From contig OU015567.1 of NCBI GenBank assembly GCA_907165135.1, positions 6,572,001 to 6,636,000 on the forward strand: a stretch of DNA of 64,000 bases. Direction: 5' to 3'. The DNA comes from Oikopleura dioica (Eukaryota > Animalia > Chordata). Below, piece by piece: positions 51,951-63,978 of this stretch (the stretch's first letter is position 1; each line of letters begins with the position of its first letter). The translations under genes and the position numbers were made by a program. The notes beneath the pieces were generated by a model that ran no database searches, had not been told where the DNA came from, and saw only the letters and a program-made list of their open reading frames with translations.

Positions 51951-52435
51951 TTTGATACCATTTTGACTTGATCTGTTCAAGTGTAAGTCCCCAGATTCGA
52001 ATTATATTCTCATTTGGCAGATAACGTTGGAATTATACGGTCTTTTCTGATCAAATCTACTTTGCCTAGTATAATCCTCTAGTACATTCGAATTGGTGAA
52101 ATGTGACGAAACGAATATAAATCAGTGCCAGCAGCATTCGCCATGATGTCAGAGCAGAAAGAAAGTGCATACAGATGTTGGCAGCCGAGAGCAGATACGT
52201 AGAAGCGCCCATAAAATGAATGAAATCGAGTATTTTCGGAAAAAAAAACACTTACAGTCGCAAATGAATATCTTCAAGAAAGAGCATCAAATAAGACATT
52301 TTTTATGAAATTCTATTTGAGAGAAATTAAAAACAAAGTATTTTTAGAAGCTCGTTTTCAGTCTTTTCTAGCTTTATCCGTCGTTTCTGCGCACTGGTTA
52401 CGGCCGATAAAGTAAGTCAAAAACTTGAGTTCAGA

Positions 52436-52622
52436 AAAATCCCCGGATTTCCAAAGAAAACCCCGGATTTCCAAATAAAACCCCGGATTTCCAAAAAAAC
52501 CCCGGATTTCCAAAAAAACCCGGATTTCCATGAAAATCGGATTTCCATAGAACCCGGTTTTCCAAGGAAAAAACCCGGATTTCCATAAAAACCCGAATTT
52601 CCATAAAACCCGGATTTACCAA
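52436..52622. repeat. Minisatellite, about 10 units of (A)nCCCGGATTTCC
   Basis: Directly visible ~18-21-bp tandem units. Confidence 0.9.
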
Positions 52623-53019
52623 AATTGAGAATCTCTTTTTATTTCTTGGTAAAAAAGGGTTTTCGAAAAAAATATTGCTGACAAAAATTTTCAGAAGGGA
52701 GCCGAAGAAGCAAGACTTCAACATTGACGAGTTTATCCAGCAGCTTGACATGCAACTTGGCCAGCTGGACAAGCAACAATCAAAGAATCAAGAACACTTG
52801 ACTTTGAACACTTTATTCTGAAAAAATATTGCAACTGAAATACCCGTACAATAAACTTCAAAATGTAAAAAGCTCTGTTTCAAAGTTCGTCGCTTCGTTG
52901 ATTTTTCGAAAATTCAGCAGTAAACTATACTAGAAGCAAAAATAAAGCCCGCGGCCCTTTCATGCCGATGCAGCTTCGTAACGTCCTACAAACATTTTCG
53001 TACCATAAAAATTTTAATC

Positions 53020-54756
53020 ATGGCGAGGTGGACAGTTTGCGTGATAATTCAGGTCTTGGCCATTTTGACTTTGCTACGGTAAAAACTCACAAATAAGAGA
53101 TCACTCGTAACACATGATTTAAAGAGTCCTATTCATGGTAAAACAGCATGGCGGGCTAGGTTATACGAAGATAAGAGGATCAACGCATTTGCAAATTGAA
53201 GACGGAAATTCTAGCGTCATTATTCCGATTCTTTCCAAGTCGCAGATTCAAATTATTCACAGAAAAAATGTGAAACGAGTGAAAAAGCTCGAAGGAAAGA
53301 TCTAAATCCCAAAATTACAAATTACAGTAACAATACAGAGCAGATTTAGATCTTTACCCAGATCATTGTAAGAAGTATTCTGGTAGAACAGAAGTCAGAA
53401 AATTGTACCAAAACGAGTACTTCATCGACAAAGACCTGAAGATTGCCGGCTGCATTCCTTCAGAAACGCGCGAATATAACATACAGTACTTCTACGAAAA
53501 TACAAACTCGCTGGCTCCTTCAAGGTAATGGCAGTTCAGGGGATGAACTTTGTGGGTAAAGAGTAATCGTCATAATAATCAGTCCTGTATTTACGCAGAC
53601 TAGCCGTCAAAAATCATCGATCATTTAATATGTTGACAGTTTATTTATTCAAATACGGTATTTGAAATACCGTATGATTTCATTATTACATTAGGCTCTT
53701 TTAGTCTTGGCAATTTAAGAGGAGAGAGGTCAGTTTACTTTCGCTTTTTTCAATATTTCAGTAATTATTTATTTACTAAGGGGTAAAGGCAAAAGTTCAT
53801 TGAATCCATCAGGATGATCAGGACCCTTTAACTAAGAGCAGCTTAACTAACAGAATCTGCCCAGAACTGCTTCGACCTGGCAGCGCGAAGGCGAGCTCAA
53901 CACCGAAGATAGTCTGGACAGCGTGAACAGGCTGATCACGAATCAAGGCCTCGGCGAGTGGTTTATCATAGGTAACTACTGCCGAACTACTGTGTAATAA
54001 AAGCCCGCTCATCCCACTTGAGTTCACTCACACTTCAAAACCAAATCGCCCTACTAGTTGTCTATTATCTTACAGTAAATACTCAGTGCGACATCCGATT
54101 CTGCGGCTCATCCACGGATGGAAGGAGTTTTTCTGCGCACAGTGTCAAGGCGAGAAGAAAACAAATGCCAATTATGTGCTCGGAAAATACAATTCTCTCC
54201 ATCCCGAGGTACGTATTTTCGAATAAATAAAAATGACCCGCCCTAGAACCCGATCATCCCGAATGAAAACGCAGGCGAAACGACGATAGCTTTCACCGAA
54301 TTCCTCGAAAGATTCGTATTCGCGGAGAAAACGAAAGAAATCAGCGCGGTTGACTGGGATCAGCGATTTCTCGGACTTCACCGGCTTTGTCTTCCCTGTC
54401 TTTATCCATACACGTAAAGTACTGTCACTTGAACTCTGTTCTACCCTCTTTTAGGGCGATTCTTCGATCGGAAAACTTCGAAAGCGAGTTCCAATGGTTC
54501 CTGAAAGACCAAGGCATTTGGGGAGAACTAAATGATAGTGCCAAAGCCAGTTCAACTTATGACTGTAAGAAACACTATCCCTGTAACGCCACTCAAACCA
54601 AATTTAGTTACGGATGCGAAAATCGACTACAAAAAAATCCTGGACACATTGAGCCACACTGATAGAAACAAACTCTGGCATTCGCGTCATAAAGACATGG
54701 AAACATTTGGTTATTACTGGGACATCAAAAAGAACGAACTGGGCGTTCAAGAGTAA
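53020..54756 (+). CDS. Sulfotransfer_2-like type II membrane protein with a degenerate PAPS site
   Basis: N-terminal TM (WTVCVIIQVLAILTLL); SVRHPILRLIHGW; LHRLCLPC; ends KDMETFGYYW. The 5'-PSB position reads CIPSETREY. Confidence 0.7.
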
Positions 54757-55218
54757 CGCTATTTTTGACCATTTTATTATATGAATTTTAGTATAATTTG
54801 TATTATCAAGTTCTTCAAGTTCAATTCCTATTTATTTCCAATTTACTATATCTACAAAGAAAAACTGAGAATAAACTTTTTATAATCGTTATTTCCGAAC
54901 TTGCCACCATTCATTCAATTCAATATTAAATCGCGATCCTGACAGCTAAAGCTCTGATTAACCCAAACTGATCAATTGCAGCTTTGGGCGAAAAGTGCTG
55001 CTGCTTTTAACTTGAACCTGACATAGAAAAGAAGAAAATTAATTTCTTCTGTTGCAATTCGAACAAGGGCGTCTTACAGATTGCTTGCACTATAATCCGG
55101 CTTTGTTTGATCTGAATCCTGATCCTTTCCCTAAGAAGTAATAGAAGCGAAGGTATTATTCAAAAGAGCGAGACATTTCTGTCTTTTTCCTTTTTTTATT
55201 GAATGAAGAAGCGTTTAT

Positions 55219-56630
55219 TCAACAGAATTCGGACAAGTCGACAATAGCACCGTCTGGAATTTTTAAGCAAAAACGGCCTTTAGTAGTTACAATTGAAATT
55301 TTCAGAAAATGTTTTTCTTCAATTTCATTTAGTCGCGGAAAACCAGGCAAGGCGGAAATCTTGTGACAGTTGAGGATCTTTGAGTACTCTAAGATTCCAG
55401 AGAGCGGCCGAAGCACGTCGATTTTGTCGTTTACAAATGCTGAGGTCAATTTGAAATCATCGAGGAGGACGGAATCGCCTTTCTTTGAGTCGATAATTTC
55501 AGCAACAGGCAGTTCTTGAGCGCGAGTGTATTTTTTCTTCCTGAAAAAAAGGTGGGTAAGTCAAAGAGACGCCCCAAGCTTCATACCTTCGTCTCAAGTT
55601 CATTAACTGGTTGAAGCCTATTTGCAGCAAAAAGGGCGCGATTATGCCAGTGATCGCGTTTTCAGGCGAAAGCAGGTACAAAGGCGAGTAGTCAAAGAAA
55701 ATGGGAATCTCAAAAGAGTGCTTTCCGCATCCACCGTAGTACGAGACTTTGACCGCGTCATACCACTGCGCCGTTCCCAGGTGCCACATGTATGTTAATT
55801 TGACACCAGTAGCTTGTGACGCTGCTCTGCCATGAGTGGATTGCAGTTCCAGTGCCCCGGAGATGAATTCTAGCGCTTTTGGACTTTTCATCGTCACTGC
55901 TTTTTTCGTAACGAGATTCTTATGAGTCGAGTATCGCTCCAATTTGAAGTTGATTGATCTTCTATGATTTCGCTCTTCATCTTTTTGAGGTTCAAATTGA
56001 TAGACAAATCATCGTTATTTTGGATAAAATTTGAGCCCGTAGCATAACGAGAAAATAAACAAATCGTTGACTTATATTCCCTAACACTATTTAACAACAA
56101 AAACGACGAGCTTTGAAACCATCTAGACGGCGACATCTGCATCACCACCGATAAAATACTAAACAGCTGCGAGAACTCGAACAAAATCTCTCCATGTTTT
56201 CCGACGAGTTCCAAACTTGGGTCCAGATTAATCCAAAAGTCATCGACACTGCTCAAACTGCTTGGTGTAGAGAAATTGACAGGTAAAATGATTCTAGCGT
56301 AGCCGAAACGGGTCGAGATAGGCTTCGAGCGGATTATGAGTCTGTTTTCATCGAACTGAAGTCGTTGGCTTTTCCGTAATTGAAGTCCTTCAAGAAAGAT
56401 TCCGTCGATATTTTCAATGTAAGGAGAAAGAAACTTCCATTGGGGAGCGTAACTGTATCGCAAACCAAAGTGACATTTGACTCCATCAACGGCGCGTATT
56501 CGATGGTCGGTTAGTCGATAGATATCATCATCGCTAGGTTTTAAAACCTTAAATTTTAAATAACTTCGGAATCATCAATATGTCTCTTACAGCGGCGACA
56601 TTTTCAAGGCCAAGGAACACTTCTGCATTC
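55219..56630 (-). CDS. Divergent DNAJC11-like protein (DUF3395-like C-terminus); 5' end uncertain
   Basis: C-terminus KIDVLRPL...KISALPGF...HFLKISI...LKIPDGAIVDL resembles DNAJC11; the putative N-terminus FLGLENVA..DDDIY resembles the start of a J domain. Confidence 0.4.
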
Positions 56631-56649
56631 TTCGATAGCATCGAAAGAT

Positions 56650-56940
56650 TTATATGACTGTTTGGGATTGGAAATCGAGCGCTAGAATTGGACCAGTTAG
56701 CAAACCACTGATGGCCATCGAAAAAACATACGTTTGTAAATGAAAACCAAGACGTTCGAAAAACGGAGCTCTTATTGGAAAGCGGATGTTTCTCTTGATC
56801 GAGACTCCTCCATATTCCGGGTAAAGTTCTTCGCCATCTAAGGTTTCAACATCTCGCATGAAAATTGGCAGCTCAATCGCAGAAGTATCATTTGATGATG
56901 CTTGGGCTAGCTCTTCCCATACCACGAGCTGCTCACTCAT
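56650..56940 (-). CDS. Small ORF of unknown function with a C-terminal hydrophobic segment
   Basis: 96-aa ATG ORF between minus-strand neighbours. Confidence 0.4.
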   Translation of the reverse strand: MSEQLVVWEELAQASSNDTSAIELPIFMRDVETLDGEELYPEYGGVSIKRNIRFPIRAPFFERLGFHLQTYVFSMAISGLLTGPILALDFQSQTVI

Positions 56941-57052
56941 TTCTTATGATAAACAAGTTTCAGAAAGGGTCAAACTGACAGCTTTTTTGAAGTGGAACGG
57001 TTGGAAGTGGAACTCGTGAGGCAGGAGGTATAAAAATAGTTTTAAAATACAG

Positions 57053-60000
57053 TTAGATACACATTTCTCGAATGTTTCTTTTCACTTCGGCGACTTCAAC
57101 TGGGTTGTCGATCGAAAGCTTCAGGAACATTTTTCGAAATGATTGTGGGCTTCCAAGTCCTCGAACTTCCTTGAACCACTCTAAAGCTTCTTTTTCTTCC
57201 AATAAGCTGCGGAGAAACTCCCAGATCTGGACGGATAAATCGCATTTTACTCGATTATACGAGACGTACTCGATAAGAGTTTTTGTTGCTTCAATCGGCT
57301 GTCCACCTCTTTTCAACATCTAAAAATACTTTGAGACTGGAAACGAATGAAAAAATGAGAAAGACCTTCGCAAGTTGAAAACCAGCTTCAGAAATCTTGT
57401 TATTTGCGAATTCCTTCTTGAGCTCTTCCATTTGCATTCGTTGCAGTTCATCTTCTCCCGCTCCACTGTAGCTGGTTTCAACAACTATCGCATTCCACTT
57501 GTCAATCGTCTGGTTTTCAATGCCAATTTCTTTCAATCCTTTCATGATAGAACCAAGAGCTTGGATTCCCACGCGCTGGTGAGATGCTGATCGTTCAATT
57601 TTGCTCACAATCTTCTCTGCCAAGACCTGTGCTTCTCTACTTCCTTTTACTTGCATGTATTCGAATTGAAAAAGCAGGCAAAGAAGGAGATGATCGACTT
57701 TTGGCTGGTGGTTTTCCTTGTTGTTTCCAACTGATCTTCGCGACTTGGTTTGTGATGAAAAGACCTTGTTGATGTCGTGAATTGTATCAGATAAAATCTA
57801 AAACAGAGTAAAAAATAAGTATTTTTTCTCTAAAACCTTTATTTGATTTTCAATATGTTCTTCGTTCTCCAACGTCAATTTTATGAGATTTTGGATTATT
57901 GGCTCCATTTCACATTCTGTTCGTTTCACGACACTTTTGTTGAGGTACGACAGGAACGCTTTTTGATCTTCAGGTTCAAATTGACGGATGACCGATTCAG
58001 GTAGCTGTTCAGGCAACTGACTGAATATGATCGGGGTAAGAACTGCAAGTGAAGAAACGTGAACGCGATTTCCGATTGCAACTCTACTTGGAGAGCCTTT
58101 CTCTGGTATTAAGAATGCTCTAGGAAATGTTTACCAAAGAGTTACGCTCTATAATAAATGTTCTGTACTTATACCATTGCCTATTCTTATCACAAGCGCC
58201 TTCAGGATCTCGTCAATTCCATCAAACTCTCTCTTCAGCAATTTGTCTCTTATTGTTTCGATCAAAATCGACACCGTATTCCGCTTCCATGGTAGCCAGC
58301 CAACAATTTCTTCCAGATACTTTTCTTTCATCTTTTGCAGCGATGAAAACTTTCGACGTTCTCCGGCTTTTTTACGTCCTTCGGGTTCATAAACCTCTTC
58401 AACGTCACTGTCTGTTTCCGAGCTTGAGATCTCATCAAAAACGCTTTTTTCTTTTCCAATTTCAAAAAGGTCGTCATCAGGAGCCAACGATTCAGTTTCA
58501 ATAAATAATTCTTCACCAGTATCATCACTTTCGTACTCATGACTTTTGTTTTTCTCTCTCGTTTTGATAGAGCGTTTCAATTTCTTTGCTGGAGGAAGAA
58601 CAGTTTCATCATCAGTTGAAATCGTTTCCGAGAGCTCATCGAGTTCTGGTATAGATTTCTTTCTGACAGGAACCAAAGCAGAAGAAAAAACGGGATCGGG
58701 AACAACTGAATTTGACACATTTTCTAAGTCCGGCATCGACCTTGTTTCAGAATTTTCGTCAGGGACTTCAGTTGTACTATCTTCATCAGATATTGCTTTT
58801 TGAGGCGATTTTGAACTTTCCTTCGTGGGGGTTGTTGTTGATTTCGGCGGATGAACGAGTTTTGACGATTTTTTCTTCAACTTCTCCGCGAAAGATTGTT
58901 GATCTTCTTCACTCTCAGAGCTCGTTGAGATATATTCCTTGGACTTTGGTATCGTACTTTGAGTGCTTGTATCTAATGAAGTGTTCTTCTTTGCTTTTCT
59001 TTGAACTGTTTTCTTGGGTGTCCTCGCTAATTTCGTCTGATCAATTGCCTTGTGATTTGGAGATTTTTTCTTTAGCCTTGGAATAACAGGAAGTTGATCT
59101 CCGTCACTGTCAGAAGAGCTACTTGAAATATATTCCTTTGATTTCCATTTGGTGCTCTGAGTGCTTGTATCTAGCAGACTGTTCTTCTTTATCTGTTTTT
59201 TGGTGATTGTTTTTGGTCTTTTAGGAGTCCTCGTTGATTTTGATCGATCATTGGTTTTTGGAGAGTTTTTCTTTGGTCTCGAGATAACAGGGCGCCGATT
59301 TTCTACACTGCGAGCAGTAGTTGGTTTTCTTGGACTTTGTATTTCTTGTCCAATTGCTGGAACCAATTCTGGGGATTTTTTCTTTGGTTTCTCGATGATA
59401 GACTGATGTTCTTCTTCACTTGCACTAGAATCCGTTGAGTTTTTCCGCTTGTCATCCTTTTCAGAATCAGAAGTTGGCTGGTAGTCGCTTGGACTGTCGA
59501 AGAAATCGTCAGTGTTAGTTTCGTCGCCCGTCTGAGTATCTACCTTCAAATTTGTCTTCGGTAAGCTTCTTCTCCCCCGACTCGATGCGATACTTTCGTC
59601 TGGAGAGCTTGGACGAAATCGTTCAAGTCGTTCAAATGTTTCATTAAAAATGTCCGCAATTGTCTTTGTCTTGTTAATTTTTGTTTTCTTTGGAGTGCTC
59701 TTTCTTTCTTGTTGCATACTTTCGTTCAATCTGATCATCGGCACGTCGTCGAAATCGGGTACACTTGGCGTTTCCGAAGTGATGGTCTCATCGTCTGGAA
59801 CAGTTGGTTCTTCAGGACCACTTGGTGAAGCATTTTCGACCGGTAGATTTTCATCAACAACCGCCGTTACCGTCGGTGATGTTTTTGTCCCTTTACTTTC
59901 AACTGACGAACTTGGACGATATTCTTCGGGAAGTTCTACACGAACTACTGGACTTTTCGTTGTTATCATTTCTGGTTTATTCTTCGTTGAATCAGTGATT

Positions 60001-61202
60001 ATTTCAGGATCTTTTGAGGGTCTACCCGTCGAGCTTAGCACATTTTTCAACAAGCTAATTGTCGGAACATCATCGTCAAAATCAGAAGTTTCAGATGAAT
60101 CGGAAGTGCTGGTAACGCCTCTCGGAAAGAGATTTACAGCTAAAAAGAGTTAAAATCCTTTGTTCATTTATTTCACAGACTTACATTTATTTGCACGGGG
60201 AATTCCTGAGACAGATGCACCATCGTCATCGTCGTCTGTCGAGTCCAGCGAGCTCCAAGTCAGTTTTGGAACGACTCTTACGACAGTATCGTTCGTTGAA
60301 CTCTTCTCAGGTTTCTTCGGTGTTCGTTTCCGTTTGTTACGAATTGTATCTAAAATACTTGTTTTTCTTTGCTTTCGCGTAACAGTTGGCGAATCTTCTT
60401 CATTTCGACTTGACTCAGAGTCCAAGCTTGATCCATTTCGAGGGAGAATCGGGCTTGGTACTATTGTGGGAAGTTTGTTAATTGAACTTGTTGTATTTTG
60501 TTGCGCGGATAGCTGTTTTTCATTCTCAATGGATAACGAACCCAGGCGATCTACAGTCGAATCAAAATGATGCACATCATTAGAGGAAGCAACAGGTAAC
60601 TCAGGCTCAGGAATAGCTTCTAACGCCGGCATGCTATCTTCTTCTTGTTCTATTCCATCTTTATTCTTCTTACTCGATTGTCTTTTCCTTTGAGAAGCTT
60701 TTGGCGAGTCTTTCACTCTCAATCTTAATTTTCTAATCGATGGGCTTTCTCTTCGAGGAGTCCTTCGATTCTTTTGACCAACTTTTTCATTTTCAATAGA
60801 CAAGTTCCCCAAACGATCAACAGCTGCCGATTCAAAGTCATCCAGAAACTTGAGCTTCTTACTTGGTGTCCCACTTTGTCTTGCCGAAGTTCGCCGATTT
60901 TTACTGTTGCTTTTCGCCGTGAACTTTCTTCTTGCAGGCGATTCGAAGGGGTTTTCGGAATGATGCTTTTTAGGTATCGACCTGCTTTCAAAACTTTCAT
61001 CAACCGAACTTATCGAAGCTGATCTTTTCTTGGAGACTTCTTCGACAATCGTTGGAGCTCCCGAAGTACCCACATCGACAGCTTCTTCTTCTTCATCTGG
61101 ACTTTCAACAATAGTAAGTCTCATCGAATCCTGGGATGAATTTTTGCACTCAAGAGAAGAGTTTTCTGAGACCCTTTGAATCCTTGCCGATCTCCTTATC
61201 AT
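57053..61202 (-). CDS. Large low-complexity Ser/Lys/Glu-rich protein with a helical C-terminal region (may be two genes)
   Basis: ORFs 60168..61202 and 58149..60053 are joined by a short intron; further exons at 57798-58016, 57291-57656 and 57053-57319. Confidence 0.65.
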
Positions 61203-61439
61203 TCTATTATATTTTCGCTTGATTACAGATGGATAATAAGTAACTGAGGTAAATTGAACTGTTCAACTGAAGAAATCGTGGCAGCTATCGTAGCACGAAC
61301 CAAAAACTGGTGCGCTTAGCAGATAAATTGTGAAAACGGAAACTTATAGAATGTGAACTAAATATAAAATGAAGTGGGAGTGGGAATTCAAAGTATTGTT
61401 TTTTGTAATCAGTCTTCTTTTTCTGGTGATGTTTTTATT

Positions 61440-62598
61440 TCAATGAGTGCTTAGTTGTCGAAAGGAGGCATGAGCTGTCGCTGCTTGATCGGTCCCTGAA
61501 TTGGAGGGTACGGTCGCGGGTTGACGCTTTCTGACTGAAGGTTGTTTATTTTTGCGTTGAGACGGGCTTCTGTGTGATTTGCTTGGACCATCGCCTGGGA
61601 AAAATGATGATTGAAGATAGAAGAAAATGGTAGAGCTTACCTTGTATGCATGATTTCGCCATTGAGCCGCAATGTCCAATTGTGGCAGGTTTCCTTCGTG
61701 TCTAACTGTCACTTCGCGTAACTGAGTCTCTAGGCCTTTGCATATCCGCGCTAATGCGTCTACCCGAGCGTTTTGCATGTTTAATTTCTCGTTGATTTCC
61801 TTATTCTGCTTTTGCATCTCGCCCAGCGCTGGAAAAATGGATGAGTGGATAGAATCAAACCGTGATTGTAACTTACCGACTGTCAGATGCTCGATTTTGA
61901 GCTGATATTCGTCGTTTTTCGCTCGTTGCTGCTGAGCGAGGGTTGATATGGCGCGGGATTGATCAACTGTTTGAGCGTGGCTGGAAATCTCGCTTCGGAG
62001 CTTCATCTGCAGCTTTTCTTTGCATGATACTTCCTCTCTGAAATGGATTTTAATAGATATTCTGGTGGATAATGAATTACGATAGTAGTTTCTTGAATCG
62101 CTCGACTTCGTTATGAGCCTCGGCAGCGGCAATTTTGTAGCGAGCAGCGTCGACTTCTGCTTTGATTCGGGTCTGGACATCTTCGATTGTTTCTTGCTTT
62201 GGCTTTATTCGCGGCTGAGCGGTTTGTTGAAAATGATTTGGTGGAACGTTCTGCTGATAGTGTCGGTTCTGCTGATGGGATTGGCGAGGTGAAATTAGTG
62301 GTGAATCGTTGCCCCATCTGTCCAGCAAAATCGCACCAGAAGCGGATCGTTCGAATGGAGGTAGTTCTGTTGGACTAGGGCCGTACGTCGTCGGGGAGGC
62401 TCTAAAGAATTTATAGGGCAACGAAAGCACAAATGTTTCAAACCCTTTTCGATAGGTACTGTGTTGCTCTTTTTTGATTGATTCAGGACTCGTTTGTACC
62501 GAGGCTATCTTGGGGCTTTTGATCGTGGAGCTTTCGGATTTTGGAGGTGAGATAGTGTCAGTAAGAAAGTCCAACGGGGTGAGCGGTTTTCGTGACAT
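61440..62598 (-). CDS. Coiled-coil protein of unknown function, multi-exon
   Basis: Pro/Ser-rich N-terminus, then heptad-rich segments in ORFs 62077..62598 and 61440..62180. Confidence 0.6.
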
Positions 62599-62670
62599 TC
62601 TAGTGTAAAGCTGACATAGTAAAAAAAAAGGATAGTTTCGTAATTTTTGGAAAATAAAAGGTAGAATTAA

Positions 62671-62868
62671 TTATTTTTTCTTCATTAGGTCAGAAAGGAC
62701 TTTTCTGTAGCAATTTTTAAACTGTTCAAATTCCCGTCGACAGTCGCCCTTTTGAATATCTTGCCAGCTGTTGACGCAGTTTCCGTAGACGATCGCTTCT
62801 CGGCCGCAGCCAACGAGGGCTTCGGACATTTTGTGAATTGGTCGGGCTAGAGGTCGAGTTGGTTTCAT
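62671..62868 (-). CDS. NDUFAF8: Twin CX9C mitochondrial protein, NDUFAF8-like
   Basis: CGREAIVYGNC and CRREFEQFKNC, with the ALxxCxxEAxxYGxCV pattern. Confidence 0.75.
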   Translation of the reverse strand: MKPTRPLARPIHKMSEALVGCGREAIVYGNCVNSWQDIQKGDCRREFEQFKNCYRKVLSDLMKKK

Positions 62869-63000
62869 TTTCTGAAAGAAAAAGGGGTAAACGAAAGCTG
62901 AAGTGAATGAAATGATGGTAGATGGATCGTTTGGAACATGAAGAAAGTCTTGAAGATGGGTGAGATAGCAATGAACCGTGAGAACTGATAAAGACGAATT

Positions 63001-63930
63001 CTAATTTGAGGGATCGAAAAGAGCGCTGATTTCCTCTTGAACTTGGGCAGGCGTAAAGACGAAATATTTAGTTGGCTTTGAGGTGAAATCGCTTTTCTTC
63101 TGCCCAGCTTCCCAGAGTTCCGTGTAACTCGATGTAAGTAGTCGACTGATTTCGTCCTTTAGATCGTTCCGTAAAGCTTCATCGGGAACCGTGAGAGTCT
63201 TACAGGTGCTGCTGAGCTCGGTGAATTTCGAATTGAAGTCCTGGAAATAATTAATTATTTATTTTTAGCGAAATAGGGACTAACCCGGAAAAGCTCCTTT
63301 AGTTTCTGTTTCTCGCCTCCAGAAACTTTACTCGTGCTCATTTTTATCTCTGACAGGTCGATTTTGCGCTAAAAAAGTACCGTCTATTGTCCACTAAATA
63401 AAATAAAACGCACCTTTATTTCAACCCAAAGGTCTAAAAACTCGTCCCGTCGTTTTTCCTCTTCAACTGCCAATTGATTGTTGACGAAATCATCATGAGT
63501 AGACTCGATGTGTTTTGAAAGCTTCGATGAAGTGAGCTTTTTGCAAATGTAATGCTGATTGTTCAAGAAAAATAGTTTCTTTCTCGTCTCGTCCGGGTAC
63601 TGGAAGCTTTTCGTTTGCGTGGCTAGGGCAATGGCACCGATGATTCCAACCATGTAGTCCGAAAATCCACCTTGTCGTTTTCCTGGCCCGAGGATTTTTG
63701 AGTTTGGTACATAAATTACATTTGAAACTGTCCAAATCAAGGAAGAGTATTACCATTTGCTATTTAAATCCCCGATTCCTGTATGCGTAAAGATTTGATT
63801 GACAAGCTCACTGTACTCTTCCAGCGAGTTCAAAAAATATAATGCATCTGAAATCAGATTATGCACCGTCGCATCGTCAGGCAAGTTGTTTTTCGGTTTA
63901 TCTTGCTGAACCATTTCTTGATAACGCTTA
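63001..63930 (-). CDS. EXOC7: Exocyst component 7 (Exo70), 3' part; gene continues beyond the window
   Basis: LPDDATVHNLISDALYFL, LFFLNNQHYI and FNSKFTEL...TVPDEALRNDL...FTSKPTKY...ISALFD. Confidence 0.85.
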
Positions 63931-63978
63931 TTTTTGATGCAAAATTAGTCCCTTATCAGATAATTTGATTGTTCATAT

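Noticed and set aside
53818-54027. Minus-strand ORF in a sulfotransferase intron as a non-LTR endonuclease fragment or nested gene
   Set aside because: No convincing APE or RT motifs; short and unsupported.
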